Below, in pieces: positions 30,950 through 41,312 of a stretch of DNA of 64,000 bases (within the stretch, counting starts at the first letter, position 1; each line of letters opens with the position of its first letter). A program made the translations under genes and the position numbers. Source of the DNA: Candidatus Eremiobacteria bacterium. Lineage in GTDB: Bacteria > Vulcanimicrobiota > Vulcanimicrobiia > Vulcanimicrobiales > Vulcanimicrobiaceae. The stretch lies in assembly GCA_963758295.1 (NCBI GenBank), contig CAVWUU010000003.1, forward strand, positions 64,001 through 128,000, read 5' to 3'. The notes under the pieces were generated by a model that saw nothing but the letters and a program-made list of their open reading frames with translations, was not told the origin of the DNA and ran no database searches.

Positions 30950-31692
30950 CCATCCGTGGTGATCGCGCCTCTTGCCTGACGCTCCAGCTCGGTGCTCAGA
31001 CGTGGCTCTTTGCGGTCGCGCGCGGGTTCGGCGCCATCGACGGATCGGGGACGGCCCCTGCGGCGCTTGGACGCATTCGCTCCGAATTCGACCGCCGCTC
31101 GAAGAGCGAACGGTTCCGGCGCGCGCTGGACCGGCCGCAGCCGGCGGCTACCGCGATGCTTGGCGTCCTGTCGCGGGTCAACGCCGATTTGTTCTCTCGT
31201 AGCGCCGCGCACGACGATTACATCACCGCGGGCTGCTCGTTCTCCGCCGCGCTCATCGTCCGGGGCCGCGCCTACATCATTCACTCGGGCGGCACGGCCG
31301 CGTACTTGGCACACGGCGGCGAGCTTCGCCCGCTGACGCGGGACGACGCGCTGGAGGCCGCGGGATTTCCCGTTTTAGCTCGTGCTCTCGGTACTTCGAG
31401 TTCTCTCGACGTCTCGGTTTCGAGCATCGGCGTGGAAGCCGGCGACATGGTCATTTTGATGGCGCATCGGGTCGCCGGCGACTTGGATCGGCAAGCACTG
31501 ATCGCGCACGTAGAAGGCGCAGGTCCGGGCGAGCACGTGCTGGTCATCCGGTTCGACGCGAGCGATCGCGCATTGGAAGACGCACTTTTCGTTGATCTCA
31601 AACCCAAACACAATCCATCCTGGGCGCGCATCGCGATGAGCGCGGGCGCGGCGCTATTGGCGATACTTTCCGCGGTCGCGTGGGCGCAGTAG
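30940..31692 (+). CDS. PP2C/PstP-like protein lacking catalytic aspartates, C-terminal TM
   Basis: [36 protein letters not shown] align with PPM motifs; sits in the pstP position; GTG start at 30940. Confidence 0.75.
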   Translation: MDVAIRGDRASCLTLQLGAQTWLFAVARGFGAIDGSGTAPAALGRIRSEFDRRSKSERFRRALDRPQPAATAMLGVLSRVNADLFSRSAAHDDYITAGCSFSAALIVRGRAYIIHSGGTAAYLAHGGELRPLTRDDALEAAGFPVLARALGTSSSLDVSVSSIGVEAGDMVILMAHRVAGDLDRQALIAHVEGAGPGEHVLVIRFDASDRALEDALFVDLKPKHNPSWARIAMSAGAALLAILSAVAWAQ

Positions 31693-32939
31693 CCGTCTTC
31701 GCGCGCCGCCTTGTCCCCATGGTCGCCGCACTTGCCGTGTCCGCGCTGTTGCTTTCGTTTGCGCCTCCGCACACGCTCGGTCCGGCGTGGCTGTTGGGAT
31801 TACTCGCGGTCTTGTCTCTGGGATGGGTGGCATGGCAGCCGTCGGCGACGACGCGCGACGACATTTTGCCGGCGCTTGCCGTCGTGCTGGGTTCGCTAGG
31901 ACTGGTACTGGTCGCGCGACTCTCGCCCGATCTCGCGCAAAAGCAACAGTGGTGGCTGATGATTTCGCTCGTGCTCGCCATCGGCGCAACGCCGGCGTTC
32001 ACGCAATTCCGGCGTTTCGCAGCGTATAAGTACTTGTGGGTCGTGGGATCGCTCGTGCTCTTCGTCTTGCTGATTATTTTCGGACAAGAAGTAAATGGCG
32101 CGAAACTCTGGATCAAACTGGGTCCGATTCAGTACGAGCCGATCGAACTGATCAAGCTGTTCATCGTATTCTTCCTGGCGGCGTATCTCGCCGAAACAGC
32201 CGACGTCATTGCGGCGGCGCGGCCGTGGTCCGTGCGCGCGAATTTAAAGTATCTCGGTCCGCTGTTTTTAGGCTGGGGCGCTTCGATGGCGATCCTCGTG
32301 TTGCAGCGCGATCTCGGTATGGCCACCTTGCTGCTGGCAACCTTTGCGGCGCTGCTGTACGTGGCGACACGGCGCTTGGATATCGTGATCGGCGGTATAG
32401 CGATCTTCGCGCTTGCGGCGTTCTGGGCGGTGCACCACTATCCGTACGTGCAAACCCGTATCGCGGTATGGCGCGATCCGTTCAGCGATCCTCTCGGTTC
32501 GGGGTATCAGTCCTCGCAAGCGTATTACGGTATCGCGGCGGGCGGGTTGTTCGGGACGGGATTCCAGCTCGGCCATCCGCGCTTCATTCCCGATGTGGCG
32601 ACGGACTATATTTACGCCGCCTTTTGCGAAGAGTTCGGGTTCATCGGCGCGCTCGCGGTACTCGGCATTTTTCTGGCGCTCGTACGGCGCATTTTCGCGG
32701 TCGGAACGGAACAGCCGGATCTCTATTCAAAACTTCTGGCGGCAGGCATGGCGGCCACACTGGGCTTTCAAATCTTCATTATCGTCGGCGGCGTTATCGG
32801 CGTCTTTCCGCTTACCGGTATCACGCTGCCGTTCATGTCGTACGGCGGCAGTTCACTCGTCGCTAACTTCTTGCTCGTCGCGCTCGTATGGGCGATGAGC
32901 GGCCGCGTATGCGCACCGCTTCGCTCTCCGTCGTCATAA
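31680..32939 (+). CDS. rodA: SEDS peptidoglycan polymerase (RodA/FtsW)
   Basis: NGAKLW, QRDLG, GYQ, TDY, PLTGITLPFMSYGGSS; fha-pstP-rodA synteny. Confidence 0.88.
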   Translation: MGAVAVFARRLVPMVAALAVSALLLSFAPPHTLGPAWLLGLLAVLSLGWVAWQPSATTRDDILPALAVVLGSLGLVLVARLSPDLAQKQQWWLMISLVLAIGATPAFTQFRRFAAYKYLWVVGSLVLFVLLIIFGQEVNGAKLWIKLGPIQYEPIELIKLFIVFFLAAYLAETADVIAAARPWSVRANLKYLGPLFLGWGASMAILVLQRDLGMATLLLATFAALLYVATRRLDIVIGGIAIFALAAFWAVHHYPYVQTRIAVWRDPFSDPLGSGYQSSQAYYGIAAGGLFGTGFQLGHPRFIPDVATDYIYAAFCEEFGFIGALAVLGIFLALVRRIFAVGTEQPDLYSKLLAAGMAATLGFQIFIIVGGVIGVFPLTGITLPFMSYGGSSLVANFLLVALVWAMSGRVCAPLRSPSS

Positions 32940-33709
32940 TCGTTCTCGCGCTCGCTTCGATCGTCGCGGGCTACCTGGGCGGGCAAGCGACGTCGCATCC
33001 GCCGGCCATCGTTTCGCTGCGCGCGACGGCGCTTCCAAGCAACGCGCCCGTAACGGCCGCCAACCTTTCGAACGTGATGCGACGCGTCTCGGACAGCGCG
33101 GTCGTAGACTCGTTTTCAAGCGACGACGTCGTCGTTCAGCGCGACCGGCTAACGTTGCGCAATTGGGCGAAGCCGAGGCTTTCGTTCGTTGTCGGTCTGA
33201 CCGGCAATTCGGCGATCGTAGAATCCCAATTCTTACGGCTCGGCATTCCGATGGCATTTGACGTAGATCCGTCGGCGGCCGAGGCGCCCGCGATAGCCAA
33301 GCTCGTGCGCACCAGCGGTAACGTCTTGTTCGTGCACGTGGGCTCGGCACCCGATGCGGCAAGCTTGCGCCATTTCAAAGACCGGCTTGGTACATTCGAC
33401 GGAATTGCGTCGCGAGTTACCGGCGGCATGCCGGCCGCTTTGCGAGGAACCGGACTGACGTTCTTCGATGAAGAAGGCGACGCCGCGGCCTTTCTATTTG
33501 CCAAATCGCGGGTAACGCTCGTTCAACGGGATGTAACGATCGATAATCGAACGTCTCAAACGTATATTTTCTATATGCTCGATCGTGCCGCGTTACAAGC
33601 GCGCGGTGAAGGGCGGCTTGTCGTATTCATGCGGCCGCAACCCAATACGCTTGATGCGCTCGATCGTTTCTTGAACACCGCACCGGCCGAAATCGCCGCC
33701 TTGCGTTAA
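32909..33709 (+). CDS. Degenerate divergent polysaccharide deacetylase (YibQ/DUF610-like)
   Basis: N-terminal TM; GLTFFD, QRDVTIDN, QPNTLDAL pattern. Confidence 0.6.
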   Translation: MRTASLSVVIIVLALASIVAGYLGGQATSHPPAIVSLRATALPSNAPVTAANLSNVMRRVSDSAVVDSFSSDDVVVQRDRLTLRNWAKPRLSFVVGLTGNSAIVESQFLRLGIPMAFDVDPSAAEAPAIAKLVRTSGNVLFVHVGSAPDAASLRHFKDRLGTFDGIASRVTGGMPAALRGTGLTFFDEEGDAAAFLFAKSRVTLVQRDVTIDNRTSQTYIFYMLDRAALQARGEGRLVVFMRPQPNTLDALDRFLNTAPAEIAALR

Positions 33710-33785
33710 CGTTTCGCAGGCCATGCCGTTCGCGTCCGCGTACTGGCCGGAAAAGGAAATTCGGAGGAGTGAAAGGAGCGTCCCA

Positions 33786-34283
33786 ATGACTCGCATCAGC
33801 AAGGTTGGGCTAGTCGGATTAGCAGTAGTTTTTGCGCTTTCCGCGTGTTCCAAGGGCAGCCAAACCAGCAGTACCAGCACGACAACGACCGAGACGAGCG
33901 CCGCGCCGGAAGCGTCCTCGACCGTGGCCGCAACGGCCGGCGGTGAAATGGCAGCCGGTAATGCCGGCGACGGCGCCAAGATTTATCAAACGAATTGTTC
34001 GAGTTGCCATCAGGCAACGGGACAAGGCGTACCCGGCACGTTTCCGCCTCTTGCCGGAAATCCGGTTGTCCAGGGCGATGCTAAAACCGTCATTCACATC
34101 ATCAAGTACGGCCTCAACGGCAAAGTCGCCGTGCACGGAGCGACGTATAACGGTATGATGCCCGCGTGGGGGACGCAGCTCTCCAATGCCGACATTGCCT
34201 CCGTTGCAACGTACGTGCGCTCTTCGTGGGGGAACAAAGCTTCAGCGATCAGCGAAGCGCAAGTAAAGGCCGTTTCGAAGTAA
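33786..34283 (+). CDS. Lipoprotein c-type cytochrome (monoheme)
   Basis: Lipobox LSAC, S/T linker, CSSCH, FPPLA, GMMP, YVRSSWGN. Confidence 0.92.
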   Translation: MTRISKVGLVGLAVVFALSACSKGSQTSSTSTTTTETSAAPEASSTVAATAGGEMAAGNAGDGAKIYQTNCSSCHQATGQGVPGTFPPLAGNPVVQGDAKTVIHIIKYGLNGKVAVHGATYNGMMPAWGTQLSNADIASVATYVRSSWGNKASAISEAQVKAVSK

Positions 34284-34290
34284 ATCGAAT

Positions 34291-35070
34291 TTAGCTGAAG
34301 CGGACGGTGGTCATCGAAATCGAGCCGCCGTCCATGCCTTCCACGGGAAACGTTACGCGATCGCTCTCATCGGATGCGCCCAGAACGTAGAGAAGTGGAA
34401 GATAGTGATCGGGAGTCGGCGCCGATAGCATCGCGTCGTCACCGAGCGATTCATAATCGATCAAGGGATCAAAATTGCGCGCGAGCAACAGCTCGCGCGC
34501 TGTTTTTTCAAAGCGAACCGCCCAATCGAACGGCTCCGCGGGATGCCTCCCCCACGCATAGGCATGCAGGTTATGGATCAGATTGCCGCTCGCCGCAATC
34601 AGCACGCCTTCATCGCGTAAGGGGCGCAAACGTGTGCCGAGTTCGTAGTGATAAATAGGATCCTTCGTCTCGTCGATGCTGAGCTGCACGACCGGAACAT
34701 CGGCGTTCGGATAAGCATGAACCAGCACGGACCACGCTCCGTGGTCCAGGCCCCAGCGCGAATCCGGAACGGCCGCTGCCGGAGAAAGCAATTCGATGAC
34801 CCGGTCGACCAAAGCGCGATCGCCCGGTGCCGGATACTCGACTTCGTACAACGGCCGCGGAAAACCGCCGAAATCGTGAATCGTGCGAGGCCGCTCGTTG
34901 TTCGTGAGCATGGTTCCGGGCACGTACCAGTGCGCCGAAACCATAAGAATCGCTCGCGGCTTTTCGAACGATTCACCGATTTGGCGCCACGCCCGCGTGT
35001 AGGCGTTTTCATCGATGGCGTTCATAGGATTGCCATGTCCGAAGAAAATCGCCGGCATGCGTTGCGTCAT
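34291..35070 (-). CDS. ygiD: 4,5-DOPA extradiol dioxygenase (LigB family)
   Basis: GHGNPMNA, SAHW, IHDFGGFP, WGLDHG, SGN..HNL, PTPDHYLP. Confidence 0.92.
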   Translation of the reverse strand: MTQRMPAIFFGHGNPMNAIDENAYTRAWRQIGESFEKPRAILMVSAHWYVPGTMLTNNERPRTIHDFGGFPRPLYEVEYPAPGDRALVDRVIELLSPAAAVPDSRWGLDHGAWSVLVHAYPNADVPVVQLSIDETKDPIYHYELGTRLRPLRDEGVLIAASGNLIHNLHAYAWGRHPAEPFDWAVRFEKTARELLLARNFDPLIDYESLGDDAMLSAPTPDHYLPLLYVLGASDESDRVTFPVEGMDGGSISMTTVRFS

Positions 35071-35161
35071 CTACCAATGCTCCCCATGCCTTCGTCGAAG
35101 GAAACCGCCTCGAAATGCCCATTCGCCACGGCGGAGGATTCTCGTGAATCTTTGACGGTCG

Positions 35162-36568
35162 TTAGAGCTTGCAGATCGTAACGCTGAGCGTGGTGGAGCG
35201 CGGTTTAGGATTTTGCGGGTCGCTGTAATCGGTGATGAAGCGTTTATCTTCGGTTGCCGTGATGGAACACGTTCCGGATCCGGTCGGCTTTATGTCTAGT
35301 TCCGCGTTCGGACCGATGGCGAAGCCGGCGTTGTCGGTATATCCCGGCGGCGCGTCGTTGTACGAGCCGGCACGCGTCTCGATCGTGCACGGACCTTGCA
35401 GCGTCATATGAAAGACGCCGTCCCAAGGCACCGGCGCCGCCGGCGTACCCGGCTTGTACGTCGGGTCGTCAGCAATGAGCACGTGGAAGTTTTCGCGATC
35501 GCCTACTCTGCTCTGCGGCGGCCCCTGAGGATTGTTGCCGACGGCGTTGCAATCGATGCTCTCTTTCGCCGTAACGCAGCTGCGTAAATCTTGAACGTTC
35601 CCTGCAATGAAATTGTCGTACGTCGCCGGGACGGAGAATTGCGGGACGTTGCACGAGTTGTCGAGCGTGCATTCGAAGCCTTGCGCGGCCCCGTCCGGCT
35701 CAAAAACCGCGCGATCCGGTTTCGGCTTAACGATGTCGAACGTGACGGTTTGCCCGAATTGAATCGATCCCCCGTTGGCCGGCGTGATGTGACAGAAAAA
35801 CGATGGAATGCCGACGAGCGGCACGCCTTGGAGTGCGGGGTCGAGCATTCCGGTCGAAGTAAACGCGTTGAAACAACCCACCGAATACGTCGAAACACCG
35901 GAAGACGAGCTGTAGGTGAACTGCAAACCGCTGGGAAGGTTCGGCGCGTTCGCCGTGAGGTTGGTCGTTGAACCCGGCGCGACGGGGAAAGCGACGTCCG
36001 AAGTAGACTTTTCCGGCAAAACGGCGATTTGCGACGTGGTCAACGGCGCCAGCACGATATCCTTTACGACCGCTTTGAAGACGAGCTTTCGTCCGTCGAC
36101 GGTCGCATCGCCCAATTTAATGGGCGAGACGACTTGCGGCTGAGGAACGACTTGATAGAAGCTTGCGCCGAAGAGCGGGTTTTCCGGCGTGCAATGCAGC
36201 GTGACTTTGAAGCTGTCGATATCGATCGTTATGGGAAACGGAAACGGGTTGCGCAGCCGAATCGCGGGGACCGGCGGACACGTGGGCTTCTCGTGCATCG
36301 TTGTCAGGCGCGGCGATCGGCTCGTCGCGGCCAGGTCCGAATAGAAGCCGATTGCGGACGAGGGCAGCGCGGTGTTCGATCGGATGGAGATCGTCGCACT
36401 CGTTCCGTCCGTCGCGCTCACGGCGTACGAATGACGGATGCCGCCTTGCGCGGATTGCGCCTGTTCTGTCTGCGTTTGCGGACCGATGGCGTTTGAGCCG
36501 CTGCCGCAAGACGCGGCCAACGGCAGAAGAGCGGCAAGAACGAAGGCGCGATATCGATAGCACAGCAT
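35162..36568 (-). CDS. Hypothetical Cys-rich lipoprotein
   Basis: Lipobox AASC-GSG; long beta-rich ORF. Confidence 0.7.
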   Translation of the reverse strand: MLCYRYRAFVLAALLPLAASCGSGSNAIGPQTQTEQAQSAQGGIRHSYAVSATDGTSATISIRSNTALPSSAIGFYSDLAATSRSPRLTTMHEKPTCPPVPAIRLRNPFPFPITIDIDSFKVTLHCTPENPLFGASFYQVVPQPQVVSPIKLGDATVDGRKLVFKAVVKDIVLAPLTTSQIAVLPEKSTSDVAFPVAPGSTTNLTANAPNLPSGLQFTYSSSSGVSTYSVGCFNAFTSTGMLDPALQGVPLVGIPSFFCHITPANGGSIQFGQTVTFDIVKPKPDRAVFEPDGAAQGFECTLDNSCNVPQFSVPATYDNFIAGNVQDLRSCVTAKESIDCNAVGNNPQGPPQSRVGDRENFHVLIADDPTYKPGTPAAPVPWDGVFHMTLQGPCTIETRAGSYNDAPPGYTDNAGFAIGPNAELDIKPTGSGTCSITATEDKRFITDYSDPQNPKPRSTTLSVTICKL

Positions 36569-36661
36569 AGCCGTAACCTAACAGCGGTCCCGCGAGCGCC
36601 TCTAGAGGCTTTCGTCCCAGTTTTGTTGCTTTGGCGCTCGCGGCAAGTCATAATTAGCCCG

Positions 36662-39472
36662 ATGGACATGGTCGCCGCTGTTCCGCAGCAAGCGGAAGAG
36701 CGTGTGCTTCCTTCCGGCAATGTCACGTTTCTATTTACGGATATTGTCGGCAGCACGGTGCGCTGGGAGAGCGATCCGGAGACGATGCGTCTGGACGTTC
36801 GCCGGCATGATATTCTCCTGCGCCGAGCGATCGAGTCGAACGGCGGGGTTGTCTTTAAAACGGTCGGCGACGCGTTTTGCGCCGCTTTTTCGGAGTTGCA
36901 AAATGCCATGCGCGCCGCAATCGACGCGCAACTCGCCATTTCGGACGAACGCTTTTCTTGCGACGGCGGCATTTCCGTTCGTATGGCGCTTCACGCCGGC
37001 AACGCCGAAGAGCGCGATTCCGATTACTTCGGTCCTACGTTGAATCGCATTGCCCGGTTGCTTGCAATCGGGCACGGCGGGCAGATTTTGCTCTCGAACG
37101 CGGTTGTCGAGTCTGCCGGCGGTGCATATCCCTGCGGCGGCAGCGCGCGCGATCTCGGCTTTCACCGGCTGAAAGACCTGACGGCAGCCGAACACGTGTT
37201 TCAGTTGCACGTTCCCGAGCTTATTTCCGAATTCGAACCGCTCCGATCGCTGAACTATCTCAGTAATAATCTCCCCGAGCAGACAACGAGTTTCGTGGGG
37301 CGCGAAGAAGACGTTGCGGAGATTCGCTTACTCGTGCAGCAGCATCGTTTAGTTACCTTAAGCGGAGCGGGCGGCATCGGAAAAACGCGGTGTGCGCTTC
37401 AGGCGGGCGCGGAATTACTGGAAGAGTATGCTGACGGCGTCTGGTTTATCGACCTCGCGCCGGTTCGCGATCCCATGTTGGTAGCCGGCACGATCGGGCG
37501 CGTCTTCGAATTACGCGAGACCCCGAACCAATCGCTTTACGACATGTTGACGCACCATCTGAAGAACAAGCAGTTGCTGCTAATCTTCGATAACTGCGAG
37601 CAAGTGGTAACCGAGGCTTCGCGGATCGCGGCGTCATTGTTGCGCGAATGTCCGGATGTTCGCATTCTTTCGACGAGCCGTGAGGCGCTCAACCTTAGCG
37701 GGGAAAAGCTGCATCGAATTCCGTCGCTTTGCGTGCCGCCCGTCGAAGCGAAGGCCCTGACGGCATTGACGGCGCTTGGATACAGCGCCGTCGCGCTTTT
37801 TGAGACTCGCGCTCAAAATGCAAATCCGCTCTTTACCGTGCGCGATGCAAACGCCGGCATCATCGCGCAGATCTGTCGCCGGCTCGATGGAATTCCGCTA
37901 GCGATCGAACTGGCCGCGGCTCGCCTACGCGTGCTCGGGCCCGTGCAACTCCTGGAGAAGCTGAACGAACGCTTCCGTGTGCTCGCCGGTGGAGATCGCA
38001 CGGCACTCCCGCGTCAGCAAACGATGCGCGCGCTGATTGACTGGAGCTACGATCTTTTGTGCGAACGGGAGCAATGGGTTTTCCAACAGATTTCGATCTT
38101 TGCCGACGGTTTCACGATCGAAACTGCGGCCGGCGTGTGCGCGAATGACGAGCTTGACGAACTCGACCTGCTGGACGTTCTGCAATCGCTGTGCGATAAA
38201 TCCCTGATGCTCGCCGAGCCGCAGTGCGAAACGATGCGGTACCGCCTGCTCGAGTCGATGAGCGCTTACGGCCGCGAAAAACTCGCGGCTTCGGGCAACG
38301 CAAATGACGCGGCGCAACGCCACGCCGAAACGTTCGCGCAATTCGTCGAACGGCTCGAAGATCAACGCGACACCTTGACGCCGCGCGAATGGCTCATGCA
38401 GGGCGAGGCCGAGATCGAGAATTTGCGCGCGGCACTGACGTTCTCGTTCTCCGGGAAGGGCAATCCGCTCGAGGGCCAACGGATCGCGGCCGTGCTCCCG
38501 CGCATCTTCGGTGTCCTCGCGGCAACCGAAGGTCTGCGATGGGTTCATACCGCGATCCAACGAGTGACCGAGGCCACGCCGCGTGAGGTCGTCGCCGGGC
38601 TTGAACTGGCGCACGCAAGCCTTGCGTCCGTGTTCAATCAGTTCGGCAACGCCCTTTCGGCGGCTCAACGCGCGCTGGATACGTACATCGCGCTGGATCG
38701 CGCGGCAGGCGTCGCCGATGCATTGCGCCTTGCGGGCCGGTCGCTTGTCTATCTCGGGCGGGTCGAGGAAGGTGAAAATTTGCTGCAAGAAGCGCTGAAT
38801 AATCGCCGCGCCGGCGGCTCTTCGCGCATCGGAAGCATTCTCGCCGACCTTGCGGTGGCGCGCGCATATCAGAACGATTTGCCGGGTGCCCGAACGCTCT
38901 TTGCGCGCGCTTCGGCAATGTACGAGGAGCGCGAAGACATCTCGAAGATCGCGGTAACCGCCGCCACGTTGGCCGAAGCCGAATTTTCCGGCGGAAATGC
39001 GCGTGAAGCCGTGCGGCTTGCCGAAAATGCGTTGGCGAGCGCGCGGATGTTGGGACGCTTCCGCACGGCCGAGGTCATCTTGGGAAATCTCGCCGCGTAC
39101 AACATTGAGCTGGGTGAATATGCTGCCGCTCGCGCTTCCGCTTGTGAAGCGCTGGAGATTTCGCAGACTCAAACCGACGCGATCTCGGTCGTCTTCGGCA
39201 TTCAACATCTGGCGGCGGTGGCAGCGCTCAGCGCTTGGGACGACGACGAAACAGCGATCGAACAACGAGTGCGCGCCGCCCGTCTGCTGGGCTTCGTCCA
39301 AAGGCGCCTTGCCGTTCTGGAAGTCGAACGCGAATACACCGAACAGTGCGGATACACGAAACTGCTAGCCGCCTTGTGCGACCTTTTTGAGCCCGAAGAT
39401 CTTCAGCCGCTCATGGACGACGGCGCCGGTTGGAGCGAAGAAAAGGCCCTGTCGGAGGCATTTCGCATTTGA
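36662..39472 (+). CDS. Class III nucleotide cyclase + STAND (NB-ARC-like) ATPase + TPR-like region
   Basis: FTDIVGST, GDAF, YFGPTLNRIARL; GAGGIGKT, FDNCE, LDGIPLAIELAA. Confidence 0.9.
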   Translation: MDMVAAVPQQAEERVLPSGNVTFLFTDIVGSTVRWESDPETMRLDVRRHDILLRRAIESNGGVVFKTVGDAFCAAFSELQNAMRAAIDAQLAISDERFSCDGGISVRMALHAGNAEERDSDYFGPTLNRIARLLAIGHGGQILLSNAVVESAGGAYPCGGSARDLGFHRLKDLTAAEHVFQLHVPELISEFEPLRSLNYLSNNLPEQTTSFVGREEDVAEIRLLVQQHRLVTLSGAGGIGKTRCALQAGAELLEEYADGVWFIDLAPVRDPMLVAGTIGRVFELRETPNQSLYDMLTHHLKNKQLLLIFDNCEQVVTEASRIAASLLRECPDVRILSTSREALNLSGEKLHRIPSLCVPPVEAKALTALTALGYSAVALFETRAQNANPLFTVRDANAGIIAQICRRLDGIPLAIELAAARLRVLGPVQLLEKLNERFRVLAGGDRTALPRQQTMRALIDWSYDLLCEREQWVFQQISIFADGFTIETAAGVCANDELDELDLLDVLQSLCDKSLMLAEPQCETMRYRLLESMSAYGREKLAASGNANDAAQRHAETFAQFVERLEDQRDTLTPREWLMQGEAEIENLRAALTFSFSGKGNPLEGQRIAAVLPRIFGVLAATEGLRWVHTAIQRVTEATPREVVAGLELAHASLASVFNQFGNALSAAQRALDTYIALDRAAGVADALRLAGRSLVYLGRVEEGENLLQEALNNRRAGGSSRIGSILADLAVARAYQNDLPGARTLFARASAMYEEREDISKIAVTAATLAEAEFSGGNAREAVRLAENALASARMLGRFRTAEVILGNLAAYNIELGEYAAARASACEALEISQTQTDAISVVFGIQHLAAVAALSAWDDDETAIEQRVRAARLLGFVQRRLAVLEVEREYTEQCGYTKLLAALCDLFEPEDLQPLMDDGAGWSEEKALSEAFRI

Positions 39473-40728
39473 GCGAAGACCGGCGTGCGGTCGCGCGGGT
39501 GCGGCCGCACAACCCGATGCCGGAATCGCGCTTCGAAGTCCTCGCGTTATTTACCGGTGCGATGGTTGGCGCATCGCTTTTCTTGATGGCTACGGGCCCG
39601 CTGCTGCCGTTTCTCGGCGCGGCGTTTCACCTGAGCCAAACGCAACTCGGCCTCGTGCTTTCGGTGCAGATGAGCGGCTCCGTCTTAATGACTGCTGTCG
39701 CGGGCATGTTGACGGATCGCTTCGGCGATAAAGCGCTCGTACTCTGGACGGGCGTATTCATGGGCATCTCGCTCATTGCTGCGGCGTTCGTGCACGACTT
39801 CGGCTGGGTGCTTTTCTGGCTGCTGATGTACGGGATCGGTTTTGCGGCCGTGACGCCTTCGGGAAGTCACGCAATCATCTACTTTTTCAAGAAAAAAGAA
39901 CGCGGCTTGGCTATGGGCATCCGTCAGTGCGGCGTGCCCGCCGCGGGCGTTCTCGGCTCCATTCTGCTTCCGGCTGTAGCGGCGCGGTGGCACTACGATG
40001 CGGCTTTCATCGTCGCCGGTGTCGCAACCATCGTTTCGTGTTGTGCAGCATCGCTCTTATACCGCGAGCCCGTGGAGCTGGAAGGCGAACGCGTTTCCGT
40101 AAACGCGATGTTCGCCGAAATGGCCGTCATGGTTCGCAATGTGCGACTGCTTTTGCTCACGCTCACGTCCATGGGGCTGGTGTGCGGCCAGGTCGCCGTA
40201 ATGGCGTTTTTAACGCTGACGCTCGTTCGCGAAACGACAATAGGGCTTTTCGCTTGCGTGAGTCTCTTCACGCTTTCGCAATTCGCGGCCATCGGAGGCC
40301 GAATTTTCTGGGGATGGAGCAGCGATAAGCTTTTCGCCGGTAGCCGCGCACTGCCGCTCGGGGCCGTCGGCGTTCTTACCGGGCTGCTCGCGCTTTGCAC
40401 GTCATTTATCAGTCCGGTGACCGCCGCTTGGATTCTCGCAGTCCTAGCCGCCCTGCTAGGGTTCAGCGCCGAGGGATGGTTTGGCGTAGCGGTACTCGCA
40501 ATCGCCGAGGTCGGAGGAGAAGAGCACAGTGGAAGTGCTCTCGGCGCAGCGCTGACGTTCATTTTCATTGCCGGTTGTCTTGCGCCGATCGTTATCGGCG
40601 CCGTTTCGGAAGTCCACGGTTATGCCTTTGCGTGGCGCGGCGTCGCCTTCGTTCAGGCACTCGCCGTAATTCCGGCACTTTTCGCAACCGCGTATATGCG
40701 GCGCGTTTCGGAGACCGCATCGTCATAG
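39469..40728 (+). CDS. MFS transporter
   Basis: GMLTDRFG motif A, ERGLAMG, 12 TM; start uncertain (39469 or 39517). Confidence 0.88.
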   Translation: MSEDRRAVARVRPHNPMPESRFEVLALFTGAMVGASLFLMATGPLLPFLGAAFHLSQTQLGLVLSVQMSGSVLMTAVAGMLTDRFGDKALVLWTGVFMGISLIAAAFVHDFGWVLFWLLMYGIGFAAVTPSGSHAIIYFFKKKERGLAMGIRQCGVPAAGVLGSILLPAVAARWHYDAAFIVAGVATIVSCCAASLLYREPVELEGERVSVNAMFAEMAVMVRNVRLLLLTLTSMGLVCGQVAVMAFLTLTLVRETTIGLFACVSLFTLSQFAAIGGRIFWGWSSDKLFAGSRALPLGAVGVLTGLLALCTSFISPVTAAWILAVLAALLGFSAEGWFGVAVLAIAEVGGEEHSGSALGAALTFIFIAGCLAPIVIGAVSEVHGYAFAWRGVAFVQALAVIPALFATAYMRRVSETASS

Positions 40729-40793
40729 CAAAAAAAAGCTCCGCAATGCGAAGCTCTTTCAAGTGGAACGATTAACGTGCGTGAGTCTCTTGT

Positions 40794-41312
40794 CTACCGC
40801 ACGGTCACCGACGACGAACTCTTAACCCAAGCCGGAAACTTCTTGTCGGGCGTAATCGTCACGTCTTTGCCCTTAACCATGTTATGTGCGAAAAGCCCGA
40901 GCGGTCCCAACGCGACGGTAGCCGCGATAGTGGCAGTCGAGGCCTTTCCCTTTTCAGCATTGCCGCTCACGCTGCTGTCTTCCGTAAGTCGAATATTCGA
41001 TCCGTCGACGGCATGAATCGTATCGAAGGCGAGCGTTATCTCGCCGGCGCTTTTGCCTTGCGCCTTCGCGGCTTTGACGACGTGGCCGGAGCCGAGTGCG
41101 CCCTTTGCAATGACAACGTGTCCGCCGGCTATGACGGGCGCTGCGGCCTCAAACGCAAACGATTGACCGGCGACGGCGGTGCCTGATGATACCGGCTTCA
41201 AGACATGCACTTGTACCTGCGTTCCGACCGCGACGCTCTGCGTTGCGGCTAATGCCGTTAGCGGCAGAGTAAATGCCAGAAATGCACCGGTAATGGACGA
41301 TAGAATCCTCAT
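40794..41312 (-). CDS. Hypothetical secreted beta-rich protein
   Basis: GGAGG SD, signal peptide ending ALA; SSGTA..GQ.F..AVDG..KGKDVTI pattern. Confidence 0.7.
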   Translation of the reverse strand: MRILSSITGAFLAFTLPLTALAATQSVAVGTQVQVHVLKPVSSGTAVAGQSFAFEAAAPVIAGGHVVIAKGALGSGHVVKAAKAQGKSAGEITLAFDTIHAVDGSNIRLTEDSSVSGNAEKGKASTATIAATVALGPLGLFAHNMVKGKDVTITPDKKFPAWVKSSSSVTVR

